Below, one piece after another: positions 26,416-40,383 of a DNA stretch of 64,000 bases (positions are counted from its first letter, which is position 1; each line of letters opens with the position of its first letter). Under the pieces are notes generated by a model that did not search any database, had not been told where the DNA came from, and was given only the letters and a program-made list of their open reading frames with translations. A program made the position numbers and the translations under genes. Location: assembly GCF_048593235.1 (NCBI RefSeq), contig NC_133619.1, forward strand, positions 297,118,454-297,182,453, given 5' to 3'. This DNA comes from Sminthopsis crassicaudata. Its lineage: Eukaryota.

Positions 26416-27369
26416 GACAGAGACAGATACACTACATATTGCTTTTTACTTGGGTACTTATTAACTTTAAATCCATGGTATATGTCTTTTCAAACATACT
26501 TGTCCTCTCCATTACAACGGGAAGAATATTTAAGTAGGAACTGTTTCACTCATTGTACTTCTATCCAGTGCCTTGCATAGTGCTTAGCATAAGTAGGCAC
26601 TCAATTAATACTTGTTGATTTTTTTTAAGTTTTATTAACCTGTTTTTTTTTTGTTGTTGTTGTTGTTTGGTGTTTTGGTTTTGGTTTTGCCTTTCAAAAT
26701 GTAACCTCTGTTCCAAAGTTCATTGGCAAAGGACTCTGCTTATCAGTGCAGATGAACATCCTGTGTTCACCTCTTGAATCTTCCTTCTCAAAGAAGACTT
26801 GAAGTTTGAAGATTCTCATAGGAGAATGGTCCTGAAGAGTCCCACAGTGCATCTGGTAAAGACTGGAGCTTTCTGCCTCTTACCAACTTTTCCTGACCCT
26901 TCATAAAGAGCAAGGCATTCATCTCTACCAATAAGGACACAGTCTCATACCAAGGGGCATTTACAAAGAACTTAAGCATTTGCAGACAGTTGGCTGCTTC
27001 TATGGAGAGCTGATTGTCAAATTTTCAATATGCATATTTATTCCTCAGAAAGTGGCAAATGCTACAAATCAGGACTTGATTTATTGTTGTTATCTAGACT
27101 TAAGAAAGTATGGAGAAAATGTTAATAATGCAAATTAAACTTAAAAGTGTGCTGTGTATACTTCTGCTCTACCCCACCACCACACTCCCTTAACCCCACC
27201 TCACAGAGGGCTGGCTGTTAAGCATTTACCAGTATACCTCTGTTCACAGATTATTCTATGAGAAGTCTCTTGTAGCAAAGTAAAATAATTAAGAAAAACG
27301 AACAATATAGCTATCTCATTGGAAATGCATAAAACATTCCACATCTGTGGAACCATCTTGATTTTTAAA

Positions 27370-27760
27370 AAAATTTTAATTAAGAGATATGATTTTTCTC
27401 CCTTCCCCTCCCATTCCATAAAAAAGAGAGAAAAGAAAAACAAACCCTTGTAACAAACATGCATAATTGTATACATGTATATGTATATATATATATGTGT
27501 ATATATATGTGCATGTGTGTATCTATACCTATATGTGTGTATATATACATATGGGTATGTGTTTTTATAAATACTATGTATAATGTATGTGAATGTGTGT
27601 GTATTTCTATGCCTTAAATCAAACATCACTTTCTGAAGAGACAGATAATATGCTTCATTCTTGATCTGATGAAAATAAGGATTCCATTGTATTGCATGCT
27701 TTCAAAGTGGTTTGTCTTTATACTGTTGCTATTATACAAATCTATACAAATTCTGCTTAT
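27370..27760 (-). mobile_element. L1 3'UTR fragment with internal (TA/TG)n expansion
   Basis: ttttctcccttcccctcc...aaacccttgtaacaaacatgcata...ttcattcttg...ttcaaagtgg. Confidence 0.6.
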
Positions 27761-28831
27761 TTCAAGGGGTTATTGATCCTCTTCCCAAGTTTCTCCTCTA
27801 AATCTCTATTTTCTTCCATTTTTTAAAAAATCCTTACATCATTTCTTTAAAGAATTTTAATTCTCTTATGGGCAATCTTTTTTTTAAGTCTAATTGTAGA
27901 TTTTTTTTGCTACTATCCATTTACAGATTTATATTGTGGCCATCTCTGACATTGCAAAAGCCCCTTATTTGTTTACTTATTTTTGTTGCTCAGGAGTTGA
28001 GCTCCAAGTCTCCCCTACTCCAGGGGTCAAATCTTTCCTTGGCTCCAGGAGTCTCTTTGGGCCAGATTTTCCCTTTCCTTAGTTAGGGCTTCAACCTCTG
28101 CCTTCTCTCCTGTCATCTACCTTAATTGAAATCCTTTCTTTTGGATGAGAAAAGATAAGAAAGTAAGAAACATAACTCTGGAAAGGGATTCTAGCAATTG
28201 AGAAATGGTTGAATAAATTATATTAGCATTAATTACATTTTATTAACAATAAAGTACATTGATAGATGGAATATAATTACGCCATAAGTAAGGAAGAAAA
28301 GTGAAGACTTGTATGAACTGATACATTCAAAATAAGGAGAATCAGAAGAACCTCTACACTATAATGTCAGTATTACAAAAAACAAATAATTTAAAGGTTT
28401 TTATTAACTAATTAAGAATGAAGTGAGCATAAAAAGAACAATTTAAACAATTACAATAATCCTATAGGAGCAAATAACTTAGAGAGAGCTATAAGAATTA
28501 TGATCAATATAATTCTAGACATCTGTAATGAAAGATTCATTACAAAGAGATGATAGATTTAGAATACAGAATGAGAATCTTTTTAATACAGTGAAAGTAT
28601 TTGTTTTACTTGGCTACTCATATTTGTCATAAGGAACTGGTTTTCATTGCCCCTATATCAATATGGTAGAAAGTAGGAAAGAAAATAGACTTCAGTTAAT
28701 TTTTTAAAATGCACTCTAAAAAGTTAGAATGCCAAAAAGAAGGTAAGAGGTAGAAAATATTTCAACTGTATCAAACAAAAAATAATTCAGCCTCTGATAT
28801 GTAGTACCAGAGGTAAGTAACTTGAAATCAC

Positions 28832-28832
<1 letters not shown>

Positions 28833-28862
<30 letters not shown>
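28833..28862. repeat. A30 homopolymer
   Basis: Direct count. Confidence 0.9.
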
Positions 28863-28865
<3 letters not shown>

Positions 28866-28879
28866 ACTGGATACAGCTT

Positions 28880-29900
28880 CTATGAATTAATGTCATTTAG
28901 CAGTAGCATAAAATAGGGATAATATGAAATTAGACTGAAGAGGTAAATTAAAAACATCAAGAAAAGACAAGTTCAAGTCTAAGGAGTTTAGACTTTAAAA
29001 GCAAGGGCAGGGGTCACTGAAGATTTTTGAGCAATGGAGTAATGTAATAAGATCTATGCATTAAAAATAACAGATTACATTTAATTCAATTCATTATAAT
29101 AGGTATTAAACACATGCTATATTCAAAGGATTTTTCCAGATATCATCTACACAAAGACAAAAATTAGACAATTTATGTTTATGTTCTATGGGGAGAGGAG
29201 TAAGGGATGAAAAATGTACATAAATAAACAGATTTTAATTTGAGGACAAGCAGCTAGATTGCATAATGGATAGAATGCTGGGCCTGAAGTCAAGAAGGCC
29301 TGAATTTAAATATAACCTCAGATAGGTGTATGCTCCCAGGAAAGTCACTTAACCCTGTTTGCCTTCACTTTCTCATCTGTAAAAAGAGCTGGAAAAAGAA
29401 ATGGGAACTCACACCAGTATTTTTTGCCAAGAAAACCCTAAATGGGATTACAAAGAGCTGGACACAACTGAAATGACTGAACAACAATAAATTTGAAGGC
29501 AGAGAGGGCACTAACAACAAAGGGAATCAGGTCTGATCTACAAAAGAGGGAGCATTTTGATTGAGCCTCTAAAAAAAAATGATTCTAGGCAAAATGAGGC
29601 ATGTATTCCAGGGCGATGTCTTTTATGAAAGAATGCAAGTAATTGATATAATGTTCAGTTAAGAAACCTGTTGGCAGTCCAATTTGTCTGGAATTTAGAG
29701 TTTAAGAAGTTGAAAAATGTGGAATAGAAAGTGGGTGGGTACCAGATTGTAAAGAGCCTTAAATACAAGCTTAAAGAGACTATATTTTATCCTAGAAGAA
29801 ATAGGAACAAATGAAATTTTGTAAGCAAGGGAGTAATATGATCAAACCTGTGTCTGAGGAAGATTATTTTGGTAGTTGGATAGAGATCCCAAAGACCCAC
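28880..29900 (-). mobile_element. L2 remnant with a Mar1-type SINE inserted (about 29245-29490)
   Basis: Purine-rich reversed L2 motifs (aaggagtttagacttt...gagcaatggagtaatgtaataagatct; tattttatcctagaagaaatagg). Confidence 0.55.
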
Positions 29901-30244
29901 TGTGTCTGACTTGAATATAAATATAATCTATCATGTTTATGGTTTTCTTAATGTTGCACTATCTGGGCATTTTCTATATAAATCTTGCCTTATCATAGTG
30001 AGTAATCTTTAGAATATATTAGATATCATCATTGCTAATATTTTACTCAGTATTTGTGCATCCAAATTTATTATTGACATTGTCTAATAATTTTCTTTCT
30101 TTGTTTTCTCTTTTCTTAGGTGAAGATAGATATGGGCCACTAATCTTTTTGTAAAGACCACTTTTACCATCTGGTCAAGCCTGGGGACTCCTTCTCAAAA
30201 TCATGCTTTTAAACATATTTGTGAAAATACATAGTAAAACAAAA

Positions 30245-30480
30245 GAAACTAATCATATTAAGTTGTTGTCTAACTGTGTCCAATTCTTTGTGACCTGCTT
30301 GAGGTTTTCTTGGCAGAGGTATTGGAATGGTTTTCCATTTCTGTTAACTCATCTTATAGATGAGGAAACCAAGGAAAATAGGATTAAGTGACTTGTCCAG
30401 GGTCACACAGCTAGTGTGTCTGAGAATATTTGAACTCAAGATGATATGGCACTCTATGCACTATGTTACCAAACTAGCCA
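30245..30480 (-). mobile_element. Mar1-type CORE-SINE
   Basis: gttgttgtctaactgtgtccaattctttgtgacc...tagatgaggaaaccaagg...aagtgacttgtccagggtcacacagctag. Confidence 0.75.
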
Positions 30481-33400
30481 ATTATATGATGTAAAATTGT
30501 CAAAATATTTTTAAAAAGGTTTATGAACCAAGGTTAAGAATCCCTGAGTAGGAGAAGTCTAGTATCTAATATTTCTATTTCTTCAAACAATTTATATCAT
30601 ACATGAATTAATGTTCTTTGAATGATTAATAGCATTTGTTTGTAAATCTGTCTGGGCTCTTGTTTTCATAGACACTTCAAGGAATGATGACCACGACTCA
30701 TAAAATTCTTTGTCAAGGCATGCAAAAACCAATTCTGCTAGCTCCATTTTTTCCTCTCCAAAGAAGATCTCTGAATTTTCCATTCAACTGTAACATCTTT
30801 TGTCTAATTTCAATTATAGTGAGAATGTTAAGATTAATTTGATTGAATTTTCATGTCTACTAGGTTGCATGACAAGAATTTCACTTTTAGAATAAAAACA
30901 ATGTTTAAAGACAGCCTAAAAATGATAGGATTCTTGGTACTTTCTGCTCCTTTCCCACTACTCTGCTACCATGATTGCCAAAGCTATGCAAGATGAAGGC
31001 TAGTTTGTGTTTTTCCTTATTTTATGGATAGTCTTGGCCAAAGGGTTCATGATGTGGTAGCCATTCTGTAATGAACCTTTCTCTCCTTCACAAAGTTGGT
31101 CTTCAGAAAGATAAAATATCCATGTAACAGAAAAAATAGATAATTCACATAAGTAAATTTCAACAAACCACAAATGAGCAATTAAAGTAAAAAACTATGA
31201 CAATAGCCCAAATGGGTTACTAGTGAATTATGCAAATAACAATTAATTTTATGTGATATAAGTTCTGCAAAAACAAACTAGAAGATACCACACTAGTTCT
31301 AGCTCAGGAGTTCTTTCTCTAAGGTGAACAAACTTGTTTTTAAAATAGTTTGACAATTGTATATTTAATTAGTTTCCTTTGTGTATTTTAAGATTATGAT
31401 GTTCAGTTCCTCTTTTTGAAATTTGTGTGAATTATCTATTTTTTGTCAGTCTGGGTATTTCATTTGCTTTCTGAGGACAAACCTAGTGATGTAGGCCAAA
31501 AGATTAGACACCATCGGATGAATCCTTTTAACCACAACCACTTATAAAACAAGGATATAAACTAGCCTTCAACCTTGCATGGTCCCATTAACTTCTACAG
31601 AGATGACAGCAAAGTAGCGGGAGAGGGGCCAAGAGTGCCAAGAATTCCATAGGTTTTAGATTCTCTCTAAAAACTACTTCTTTCTATTCTAAATGTAAAA
31701 TACTTGTCCACTGAGAGTATCTGCTCCTGGGGGCAGTCAAATAAGTCTTGACATTCTTGAAGCCAGAAGACTAAAAGATATACAATAAAAGGAAGATTCA
31801 GAGTTCTTCTTTGGATAGGAAAAAATTGAATTGATAGAGTGGTTTTTCCTTGAATCCACAAAGGACAAAGGCATTAAGAAATATCATGCTATGATACATG
31901 TCCCAAAATATAAATGATTGCAGAGGTAGGATAGAAAAAGAATGCAAATAATTCAATAATACCCTCCATAATAAATATTTTAACATTAAATCACTTCAGT
32001 GTAAAAGTGGGCATAGGGGAAGATACTGAAAAATAAGTGACAAAAGAAAAAAGGGTAAAGATGAAAAGTATACAGAAATTTCATAGCTATATCTCATGGT
32101 ATCTTCAAGAAGTAAGTTGAGGAATGCTCACCTTTAGAGCAACATAGAGCAACATGTGTGTATATGTATGAATGTATCAAATATTTACCTTATAATTATA
32201 TGTACATATAATTATAATGTAAATGAAAACATTTCTAAATGAACTCAAATGAACTTCAGTGACCAAAGGACTGCTGAGGAAAAATAAAACTAAACTAAAC
32301 AAAATCTCTCCTCCAGAGGTTCAGAATGTTGTATATACTGTTAGGCAATCACTGTCAGTTGGTTTTTCATAATTACTTCTCTGGCTTCAAGGGAGAACTA
32401 TATGAGGAAGAAATATATCAGAAAATGTCATAAGAAACAAAAGTCACAAACAGAATTTTTTAATTAAAAAGAAGATAATCTATGTGATTCCTTTACTTCC
32501 ACTTTACCTAAATCTTCCCATTCCCACCCCAAGTCAGCCAAACTAAATTAGACAGTTTCTATGCTATCCTATCTTCACTCAATCTCTCAGTCTCCACTTC
32601 CATTTTAAATTAGTATATGCCTTTTTCATCTAAGATCTAAAATAAAGTAATTTTAGTTTTTGGTTTTGTATCCCACCCTTTCAGTTACCTTAATCTGTTT
32701 GCCCTGAATTTGCTCAGTATTTTCAACTCCTATTCACAAGCTTATTTTTTTAAAGGCAAGTTGTTATTATTGAGGGACAGTATGCCTAAATGAAGGTTGT
32801 GGGGTGTATTTGACTTTAAAAGAAAAATTAATGCTGTGAAATTCCCCAAAGTCATGCTAGGAAAAACCTCTGAACCTGGGGCAAAAATTATATGTGTGCA
32901 GCTATGTATATATGGTATGCACTTGTTCACAGAAGCAGCAACTTTTCAAGGGAACTGGGAGTTTGGGGAGCTCGTGGGAGTCCAGGAGGTATTGTATACC
33001 TGTATGCTTATACATGTGCACATTTATACACATGTATACATATGCATATATATGTATATATATACACATAAGCATACATATACCCCTTATAGGTAGATAG
33101 ATATATTATTTTAAAAAAAAGTAATTCTTGCTGTATTGGAAGGAGGAAGGAGGCAGGGAAAAATACAGGTAACCACAAATTCCCTGAGATTCTAGAGAAT
33201 CTGAGCTCCAGACTTCCTGATTCCTCCTCTGTCTGTGAAAGTAGCATCAAAGACACTATAAACATAGGTTTGGAAAAAGCCACTTCCTAACTAGCCCTGT
33301 TTTCTCTCCATCACTGGACTAGGTGTCAGAAAGAGTAACTTTTCTATTCCTGGCTCCATAACCCACAATGTGGGGTTTAAGTAAACTGTCTCTTCTTTGA

Positions 33401-34248
33401 TGTTCTGGTCCTTAGTTTCCCAATCTGCCAAAGAGGAATTGTGAGCCAGACTCTCCCCTCCTGATACTTTCTGTCATGAGAAAACACTTGGAAACCACAC
33501 ACCTGCCTGGGCAACAGTACTATCCCCAAGTAAAAACCCTAATTCAAGAAATAAAGAACCTAGTGCTGGGGAAGAGCCTCACAAAACAAAGCACTTACTC
33601 CCACAGCGTGAACCCACCACTCTATCCACGAGAAATCATTCCTAAACCACTTCTGAAAACTCTTGTTCCCTTAAGCCCTTTTGCCAATGCCTTTGGAAGC
33701 TTCTTCCAGAGCTTCAGCTAGGTTTTAATAACAGCAACAACAATAATAACTAGCATCTGAATAGTCCATTAAAGTGTGAACAGCTCTTTACATATGTTAT
33801 CTCACTTAATCCTCACAACTCTGGAAGGTAGAATGCTTGCTTGGAGGCAATATCAGATACACCATGAATTCCATACATGACATTCACCATACAGAGAGAG
33901 AAGATCAAGAATGAGACATCAAAGTACTTCAGGGCCTCCCAACTCCACCACAATTTACCCCGGGCTATTTGGCTGCTTTCTCCAATTTTACAATTACCAA
34001 GAGATTGATAGCAGTAGATCCTAGTATGATAAGAACTCCCTCTACCAATGCAGATGGCATTTCCTCTGTGATTTATTCCCATAATGAGTCATCTGGGTAT
34101 TGAGAGGTGAAGTGACCCACCCCAAGTCTTCCAACCAATACTTGGTAGAAGTAGAATTTAAATAGATATTTTCCTTATTCTGTGGGTACTTTTTCCCATT
34201 ACACCCAGCTGCTTTCCATGGCATCCAATACAGCTTTGCTGAGTGGCA

Positions 34249-34379
34249 NNNNNNNNNNNNNNNNNNNNNNNNNNNNNNNNNNNNNNNNNNNNNNNNNNNN
34301 NNNNNNNNNNNNNNNNNNNNNNNNNNNNNNNNNNNNNNNNNNNNNNNNNNNNNNNNNNNNNNNNNNNNNNNNNNNNNNN
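34249..34379. other. Assembly gap (131 N)
   Basis: N run. Confidence 1.
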
Positions 34380-35237
34380 AAATAAATGCAAAGAATCACT
34401 TAAGTTTTATGAGAGTGAATTAGCTATAAATTTAGATTAGATCAGCAGGTAGCAGGATCATTTCAGTTCAAAGCTCCAAAATATTCATTCCAGGAAGAAT
34501 TGCCAGCTGTGAATGTAAGCCAGTGAACTCTTAAGTATTTTCTTTCTCCTCTCCACAGTTTTTGGTTTCCATATATGCCTTACTTATTCATGGAAAAAAA
34601 GAAATTTCTTTCTCACTTTATAAATGAAAATGCCCATAAATGTTTCCAAAATTGTCTTTCCCTGTGCAAACATTAACACTGATATGTCTTCCTAAACAAA
34701 CATATTTTCTTCCTGACAAGCTATTATCCAGCCACAGCATAATTAATATTTCTCTTATGGGTAGTGCCTTTTTTCCTTGAAATGTTCCCTTGACACTTTA
34801 AAGCAAACAGTCTATAATTACTAATTCATTGAAAGCTATGCATAGGTGCTATTACTCATGATGAATTAATGTGGTATTAACGGGCATGTAATTAATCTGT
34901 ACGTATGAGCAGAATCCACAATAAATCCAAAGTTCCCAAGAACTTTAAGAAAGAGAAAGGAAAGCTGAGAACAATGAGAAACAACTAAAAAAAAGATTCA
35001 AAGAAAGATTTTTTTCTCTGTGCCAAAAAACAAGGATTTTGCTCTTTTAAGGAATCTTTTTTATTCCCTACCACATCTATTCTATAAAATTTAGAACTAT
35101 AAAAGTTTTCATCAAAATGATAATTACACAGACAGGCTAAAACCAGAATCCAAACACAGAACAATGGTTGCATAAGCAAAGAAACATTACCCATTCTCTT
35201 TAGGGACAAACTCTGACTATAATTTGAGGAGGTTGGG

Positions 35238-35271
35238 GTACAGGAGTTCTATGAGTACAGGAGTTCTATGA
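35238..35271. repeat. Perfect 17-bp tandem duplication (GTACAGGAGTTCTATGA)x2
   Basis: Direct reading. Confidence 0.9.
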
Positions 35272-38194
35272 ACAAATGAAGATGTTACGAGATCTAGTGA
35301 AATGTTATATTGAAGTGAGAAAAGAATATATGTCCCAGTAAAAATGTTAAAACAACTAAATATGAGTAAAATGGTAAAAGATAAATGAATTATTCAGAAT
35401 ATTTTAAACATTACAATTACTAAAACATTTTAGGGACTTCCTTCCAGTATTTGTATGCCCCCAGAATAGAAGACTGATGTTAATTTTAGGCTAGCTAAAT
35501 ATAAGGGGCAGCTTATACTTAGGCTAGCTAAAAATAATGTAATGGGATTACCTATAGTTAAAATGTAATCATTTGTGAAGAATATAATTTCACTTCTTGA
35601 AAATAAAAATAGTCAGGCATTTTGAAGACATGTTTTGAATAAGAGAATAAACTAAAATTATTTTAAAAGAGCAAAGATGAGAGTGAAATATTCTAGTGAG
35701 AAAAAGATGTTGTTTTTCCCCATCAAGTCTCTCAGAAGGCAAGTTGGGCAGAACAGGAAGACAGCGATGAGATTGTTCTGGCCTGAGCATGCCTGTGGGC
35801 GGCCTGTGGTTCAGTGGCTGTGCAATCATCCAGAACCAAAACTATCTTCTTTCCTCGCCCAGGATTTCCCACACATCCACCAGAAGATGATACTTAAAAA
35901 AAGTAATAATGATTCTGGCTCCCACCTGTGTGATAACCAAAGTCCAATTGCCCCTGTGTCCTGCTCAGGTGTTCTAGATTGATGCTGACCCAGCTGGCCT
36001 CAATTTAAATAGTGGGCTCCTGCCTTTGTTTTCATTTCACTGGCTTGTCCCCATACAACCCTCTCTTTCACATTTTACATTTTTCCATTGCCCGACTGAA
36101 ATGGTGGAGAAAGGGGAAATTGAGCAAAATGAGCAAATTAGCTCAGCTGTTGATGGTTGCAATTTAATATCAACAATGCTAGCTGAGGAACATTGCCAGT
36201 GCTGACTAAAGGGATCACGATCAACTCTCCTCTTTCCAAAAAACTAAGAAATCTTTCTCAAGGGAAAAATTATTTTACAAGTTCTTTCTTCCTTCTAGAC
36301 TTCCATGAAATTTAATTCCATAAATACTGAATATCCAACTATGGGCAAAGACATACAAAACAAAGAAAAAATATCCCTTTTTCTCAAAAAAAGTTTACAT
36401 TCTATTTGGAATAAAAGACAACTAAGCATAATACCAATTAGAGGGCAAAGAAGAGATCTAGACAAAGTCCTCTAGAAAAACTTGAGACATAGATCACTAA
36501 CAGCTGAGGAAATTATGGAAGTCTCCCTCTAGGAGACAGTGCCTTAGCTGAGTTTTGAAGAAAAAGGACTTTTCCAGAAGAAATGCAAACACAGGGCATT
36601 CCTGTCACTATGAGACACAAAAGCAAGACATGGTCATTTGGTACATGGAGTACACAGACAAATGAAATGAGAAATACTCCTAGAAATATAGGCTGCAAAT
36701 AAATTGTGGACTATTTGCTTATCTATGAAGATAGCCTAGGAGATAATTTAAAGGAAGTCATGATAGGAATCAAGGGAATGATATAGAGTGATTTGCAACT
36801 ACCATGTTAAATGTATGATATTATCCTTCCCCTTGCCCTTTCCCCAAAAAAATTCACTATGTAATAGAGACTCATAGACAATCTTCTTTCCTATTGATTA
36901 TTTTTTTTTCATGATGAAGCAATTAGGGTTAAGGATTTGTCCAAGGTGTCATACATACTGCTTATTTTCCCATGTACAATCCAGTCTATTTTCTTCCTCC
37001 TACTCAAATTTCTGAATTAAGATTTGAACTCAGATCCTCCTGACTGCAGGGTCAGGGCTCTAACCACTGAACTATCTAGCTGGCTCTATTATTGTGTAAC
37101 ATGGAAATTATCATGTTTATTAAGGTTTGTCAAGTTCATAGTAATAAATTTACACATATATGTGTATATGCCATGCACATGTACATATACCATGTACATA
37201 TATTGAGATAGAGAGATATTTGGATACATGTTTGTATATGTGTGTATAACTCTATAAGCATATGAACCACAGTCTGTTCTCAGCTATACTTTAAAATTAA
37301 TGATCTAATTTTCTCAGTCATTGTCTCATTATAATCCATGACTACTTGAACAAATCTGAGTACTTATAAAAATTTTCTTCCATGTCTTAATGGATCCATG
37401 ATCTCAATGATGTAGGCATACTTATTGTATTTAGGAACTTATCCATGCTTCCTTATCTTATGCAATTTATATTCATATCTTCCCAAAAAATTTTCACCAG
37501 AAATCCACCTAACATACTGCTGATCTTCATCAAAGTTTCTAAACATTATGTAGCTACCAAAGTAGCAGTAAAATTATCTGTTCATTATCTCCAACTCTCC
37601 ACACATAACAGGTCTACTTCCTGTGGACATTTTTTGAAAATCTTTCAAGTCACTTCTATAAACAGACTTTTTGGTGGTATTCTGAAGCTTACTTAAACTC
37701 AATGTCTTTCCATTTCTCTTTGGATGACACAATTTTTACTGCCCAAAGATTATGGTCAATATACTATTTGCACTCATACCATGTCAACAGAAGAATCCTG
37801 TTGTAGAAAGGAAGGGATTTGTTAATTTTTTTTAATAAAGTTTGGAATTGTTGAAAACTCTACACAATTTTCCAAACACAATCTAGCCTACTTTCTTCCC
37901 CCTACTCAATTCTAGACCAGATTATTGTCCTTCTGCAGTATCTATTTATAAACTATGTTGCATGAAAATTAGATTAGTAATCAATCCATCCAACTACATA
38001 TCATAGTCTGACCAACAGACATTCTTTGCTCACTTTTTCTACCAGTCTGGATTGTTAGCTCAAATCTATATGAAGTCTTTCTTCCATTTAAATTCTGTTG
38101 GACATAATCCATGAAAATTTGCCATTGCCACATAATTTTTGGTTAGCATTATCTCCCCATTTTATGTCTCACTTTAAGTTGTGGTTAATATTAT

Positions 38195-38415
38195 TTGGTC
38201 TATTTTGAGTCATGTTCAATCCTTCATGATCCCAGCTGGGATTTTCTTAAGAAAGAGTTTGCCTTTTGATAAGGAAATCGAGACAAATAGAATTAAGTGA
38301 TTTGCCCCAGTTCACACAGCTACTAAGTATTTATGGCCAGATTTTCACTAAAGAATATGAGAGTTCATGACTCCATGTCTGGTGCTCTCTAACCACTGTG
38401 GCATCTAGCTGCCCG
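38195..38415 (-). mobile_element. Mar1-type CORE-SINE
   Basis: gtcatgttcaatccttcatgatccc...aagtgatttgccccagttcacacagctac...accactgtggcatctagctgccc. Confidence 0.75.
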
Positions 38416-39744
38416 CTTTATGTAATAATCATTAGATTTATTTTTTATATCTACCAAAAACTCAGACAATCTTAATGCATAGCTACAAAAACCTTATTAG
38501 AATAGTCTGCCTTCCTTATCATATTTTCATCACTGATATCCTTAATACATATATAGATAATTCACATAAAAACTGAAGAAATGACAAAGACATGTCAATA
38601 GTTATTGATGATCTCAATAGTCTTTCTTTTAGTACTAATGCATAACTTGATTTCTTTTCAAGCATTTTATGTCCTGTTCTTTTTTCAGTTATCTTTACCA
38701 CTGATCCTTCAAATGGCCTACAATATTATGTTACCTTCTGCACAGACCTTGTCTGGTCCTGTGGCTCCTCTTGTCTACCTTTTATTGATGTGTTTTATAT
38801 TACAGATTAAGATATTAAAGCTTAAGGGTAATGGCCCCATCCTTATTGTTGAAAAAAATCACATTTAGTAGAAATATTACCTGACCCTCTCTGTTTTAAT
38901 CCATTTTGTTGTCCTTACAATTTTATCTTTGAATGTTCCTGAAATGCTCATAAGTCCTGAAGTTGGTTTCATGCCAAGCTGTTTGCAAATTCATTTTTGC
39001 CTCCATGATTCTTCAATTGAATGAAATATGATAAAAATGTATTTTTAAAACCTAAAAGAAGTATATGCATGATAGATATTATTATTGGCTTAATGATGAG
39101 ATAATACTGTTCATAACTTCTATCACCCTCATTCATGAGTCTGTACAGAAAAGTTTATATTTTAAACTAATGTTGCCCTAGGCTGCCATGTGTCTCCACT
39201 TGGAGGAAAGAAAAAGTGTTTGCTGGCCAAGGCTGTTCCTGGGCTCCTTGGAACTTCTTACAAATTGCTTTGTATCAGTTAAAATTCTCTAGAAAATGAT
39301 AATAGTACATGTTATCTTGGAAAAGATATTTCCAGCCTTGGGAGAAGCCTTATGAGTCTAAGAGGACAAAGTCCTTGAATTGTTCAATTGAAATTGAGTA
39401 ATAGCTGGAGAAGTTTCTGCATCAGAGAAGCTGGCCATTTGCAAGAGAGAAAGGTTATACCTCATATCCTGGCCTTCCAGCAAGGCATGCATCTGAAATG
39501 AATTGTTTAAAAAACTAAGGGACAATCTTCAGCAGTCCCATAAACTATTTCATGTTCTGTTGATTGCCTCAACATCTTAAGAAAATATAATTGTAAATAA
39601 ATGTTACTAGTGCATGCTTAAAATATTTTCTGTCAGTGAATGCTTGTATTTGTGATTCTTATTACTTGGGAGTGGAGGAGAAAGACAAATAGTTGTGCTA
39701 TAACTGATTTTCAGTGAACCTTGAATATTTTCCTACTCTATTTT

Positions 39745-39980
39745 TTGTGAGACCCTGCAGCTACTGTTCAGTCCTTTCAGATTTTGTTACCACTCTTTGA
39801 ACTTTCTTAGCTAAGATACTGGAGTGTTTACTGTATTCTTCTCCAGCTCATTTTATAGATGAGGAAACTGAAACAAGAAGAATTAAATGACTTGTCCAGA
39901 GTCACATAGCTAAAAATGTCTGAGGCCATATTTGAACTTAGGAAAATGAATTTCTACCTACTAAGCCTCTTAGTTTCCTG
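39745..39980 (-). mobile_element. Mar1-type CORE-SINE
   Basis: ctcattttatagatgaggaaactgaaac...aaatgacttgtccagagtcacatagct. Confidence 0.75.
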
Positions 39981-40383
39981 AGGAGATCCTCAATGTGAGT
40001 CAAATCTAAAATTTTTCTCCCCATGTCTATGTGATTAGGGTAAGAAAGGCAGACAGACAATGAGGAAAAAATGACCTCTCTTTAGAGGCTAGATTTCAAC
40101 CCCATCCCCCCACCAAGTCTGAACCCAGTTCCAGGAGTCCATAAGACCAGAGCCAAAAAGAGCTCCTTATTAAAGAGGAATTGCCCAGCTCCCATCCAAC
40201 AGCAGCGTTACTATTGTTACACAATCCTTATATCAGTGTTGCTATATAGCAGCAAGGCATAGAACTATCCTGCTTCAAAAAACTAAAAATTAGTATCATA
40301 AAGAAGGCAACAGAGAGACACTGGGCTGATATGATCTAGTTGCAACATATGATCAAAAGGGAACATTGAAAAAGAATAGGAGA

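Larger units (their letters stand above)
25641..27015 (+). repeat. Dispersed 125-bp direct repeat (25641-25765 and 26891-27015)
   Basis: 117 of 125 bases identical, no indels, offset exactly 1,250 bp. Confidence 0.95.

Noticed and set aside
26020-26580. Long ORFs spanning N-gaps (also at 4324-4617, 9868-10132, 34158-34440 and 59953-60833)
   Set aside because: Their length comes from untranslatable N runs.
27201-27629. 142-aa minus-strand ORF
   Set aside because: It derives from a (TA/CA)-rich tract inside an L1 3'UTR fragment (HTYTY-type low complexity).
19497-28818. Perfect + strand donors (AAG|GTAAGT at 19497-19505; GAG|GTAAGT at 28810-28818) as evidence of an antisense lncRNA
   Set aside because: Isolated 9-mers are expected by chance in 64 kb, and I could not build a coherent exon chain.
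28833-28862. A30 run as the tail of a retrocopy
   Set aside because: No recognisable SINE, LINE or mRNA body upstream and no TSD found.
35750-35779. Glucocorticoid response element (AGAACA...TGTTCT)
   Set aside because: The half-sites are 18 nt apart; a canonical element needs 3.
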